DNA of 64,000 bases from Monocercomonoides exilis PA203 (lineage: Eukaryota > Protista > Preaxostyla): NCBI GenBank assembly GCA_001643675.2, contig LSRY02000034.1, positions 434,001-498,000 of the forward strand. The letters are read 5' to 3'. The position numbers and the translations under genes are program-made. Within the stretch, counting starts at the first letter, position 1. Each line of letters starts with the position of its first letter. Shown here in pieces: positions 61,457-64,000 of the stretch. The notes beneath the pieces were generated by a model. It had not been told where the DNA came from, did no database searches, and worked only from the letters and a program-made list of their open reading frames with translations.

Positions 61457-63056
61457 ATATCACTTTTTCTTTCTCCACAAATCTTTTTTTATGATCTTTC
61501 TCAAGAGAATTTCAGTTTTGTTCTTCTTTTCTATGAATGCATTCTGAAATCAGTGCTCAGGATTACATTGATCCTCCACAGCAGTTTGACCTCTTCTCCA
61601 TGGATTTCTTCAATCCATGAAGCTGCAACCCCTCTTTTCTTTTTTTGGTTGTTACGCATTCTTCAGGTACTTTCCCTTATATGCAAACAATCATTGCAGT
61701 TCAATATAAGATTGAACTGGAGTTAGGATGAGAAAGAAAATTTGTCTTTAAAAATCAGAAACGGGAAGGAAAAGTTGAAGCGCTCGCTTGTCAAGCCACA
61801 GGAGCTATGAATTTTCAACAGTTAATGTATTCTACTGAAAACATAGATTTTCAAGTTGTCACAATAATGAAAAACAACACATCTCAGGTGAATACAGAAA
61901 AAGTCACGTTGTATTTTAATCATGCGGATGTTCCACATTCGAACAATAGAAATTCCGCAATTCCTGTTCAATTAATGAAATGAACTCGACAAATCAGTTG
62001 CATTTTCTTTACCAAGTGTGAAATGCAAAACCACTTTTTCACAAAACAAAACGTGAATTTTGGTCTTTTCCTTTTAAACTTGCTATTTCCTCAATCAACT
62101 TCGTTGAACTTCAGTAATGATACGAATAAAACATGGAATGTTATTCTGGAAAATAAAATATAAAAATTTTGAGGTTTTAATGATAGATTTTTTTCAGCAA
62201 TCTTATGAATAAAATAAACAAAAATATTTCAAAATTATTTTCGAACAAACCAAAAAATTTTCCTTCGAGTAACATCAAATGAGACAGCCTTTCGATTCGT
62301 TATCTGACATTTCTTTTTGGAAGTGAATTTCATTTTTTTTTGAAATAAATGGAGAATGAAAATTTTCAAAAGAAAAATTTTAGATTATTCACACAAAGAA
62401 ACAAAATAATTGACATTTCTGGAGATTAACAGATTATTCTGTATTTTTGCTTAATATTCTCACATTTTCGAATCACTGGCTTGTGTGACGTCAGTGACAG
62501 AAGTGACATCCAGTGGCATATTTAATTCCCAGTTTCACTGATCTCGTCACAAAACCATTATTGACTTTGTTCTTCCATCGTTATTCTTTTTTATTTAAAT
62601 TCCAAAAATATTTATTTCATTAAAAAAGAAATTAATAATTAATGATAAACATTATTCCATAAAAATATTCGAAACAATGAGGAAAATTAAATTGGATTTC
62701 CAAAAAAAATTATTTACGATCAAAAGACAATTGTGAAAAAGTCGATCACCAGTGTCACAAAGTGGCAAAATTTGTCACATGTCGCTCAGGACTACAATCA
62801 ATGTTCATTCCAAATGTGACATTCTTTTTGAGAAGTTGAGAACGTTTAATTAATCAATTAGTGTTGATCAATCCGTTCCCATATTAAATAGAGAATAATA
62901 TATTATTTTATTTGAAAGCTCGTATTTAAAATTATTGTGCTGCAAAAAGGATGACATGATAAAAGCTTATTTATTTGTTGTCACATTCACTTCTAAAAAT
63001 CACTGTTATTGAACGAATTGAGGCAAATGATTAATTTGTTCATATTTATATGTTTT

Positions 63057-63058
<2 letters not shown>

Positions 63059-63090
<32 letters not shown>
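63059..63090. repeat. Poly-T tract (32 nt)
   Basis: Seen directly in the sequence. Confidence 0.95.
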
Positions 63091-63091
<1 letters not shown>

Positions 63092-64000
63092 AAGGGATTC
63101 TTCATTTTTCCTAATTTATATATTAAAACCTAAAAAGAGAAATATTAAATATCTTGGAAAATAATTTGGTAATTTTTAACTTTTGATAGTTTCACTGTTA
63201 ACTGTTCAAAGATTGTAAATTTCTGTCAAAAAGTTACATATATTTAACAATTAACGATGAGTGAACGAAAAAAACGAAGCCCAAATTACAACTTCTCAAA
63301 ATAAGCTCATTTATATTGTTAAATCAAGAAATTATTTGCTTCTTTTTTCAGATTCAAATCATGAATAACATTTCCAATCGTTTTTGCTTCAATAAATATC
63401 TTTCAATCATCTTTTTTTTTCTTCTTCTTTTCTCGCTCAAATGAACTCTGTTCTTTCTTTTCATGCGCATAAAAAAAAGTGAGCTTAACTGGTTGATTTG
63501 ACATTGTGATTGGAATACGGATATCGTATTTATGAAGCCGACAGAGCTGCTTGCTTGTTTGTTGGCTTATCTGAAAAAGAATCTTGCGACCTGGACAATT
63601 CAACAGTCGTCTCTTCGCTATTATTTTTTTTTGTCTTCAATATCCTTAACTTTTCTCAACAATAGTGTGTAAGAGAAACGAAGCGAAGAAGGCAGCAGGG
63701 GATAATTATTCATCGTTAGCAGCAGTGCTTTTCATCGAAATTTCTGAAGCACAGGATGCGGCTACTTCATAAAAGTTGGTTGCAGCAATTGACAACATCA
63801 AGTTGTTGCTGCGAATTGTTCAAAATGAAGAAGGCTGAATAAAAATAAATTTATAGAAGTCAATATTGAGAGCATTAAAGAAGCTGTGGAGATATGTTGT
63901 TACGTAGTGGGCAATGCTTCATGGGTGTGTTGTGTATGTTCACGATGTGAATCATTCTGCGAAGCTTTCTGTTCCACTGGTAATAGTACAGCTTCCTTCG

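Noticed and set aside
61460-64000. Possible decayed coding fragments on the minus strand
   Set aside because: Stops in all frames examined and no motif that could be assigned.

Overview
AT-rich eukaryotic DNA with short GT-AG introns and the standard genetic code (RPF1 ends in TAG, MLH1 in TGA, poly-Q uses CAA/CAG). The expanded gene families look like those of the oxymonad Monocercomonoides; this is recognition, not a database result. The first ~16 kb is a nest of decayed DNA transposons: a Sola2-like transposase fossil apparently fused to a ubiquitin-specific protease (USP/C19) domain, a 4.3-kb non-autonomous element with 342-bp near-perfect TIRs carrying captured host-gene fragments, and pogo-like and Tc1/IS630-like remnants. 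Next is a host gene island (RPF1, Nab2/ZC3H14-like, MLH1), then a giant beta-helix receptor-pseudokinase gene with two in-frame TGA codons. A structurally complete but mutated DIRS1-type tyrosine-recombinase retrotransposon (ITRs, ICR, gag, RT-RNaseH-MT, YR) follows, then an uncharacterised gene, CFAP65, and members and fossils of lineage-expanded families. At least two MITE families with GG(G)...CC(C) termini and AWAT flanks are scattered throughout and are probably mobilised by the Sola2-like transposase. The most novel-looking item is the USP-Sola2 transposase and its non-autonomous and gene-capturing derivatives. All coordinates and motif calls were read by eye, with no searches run.
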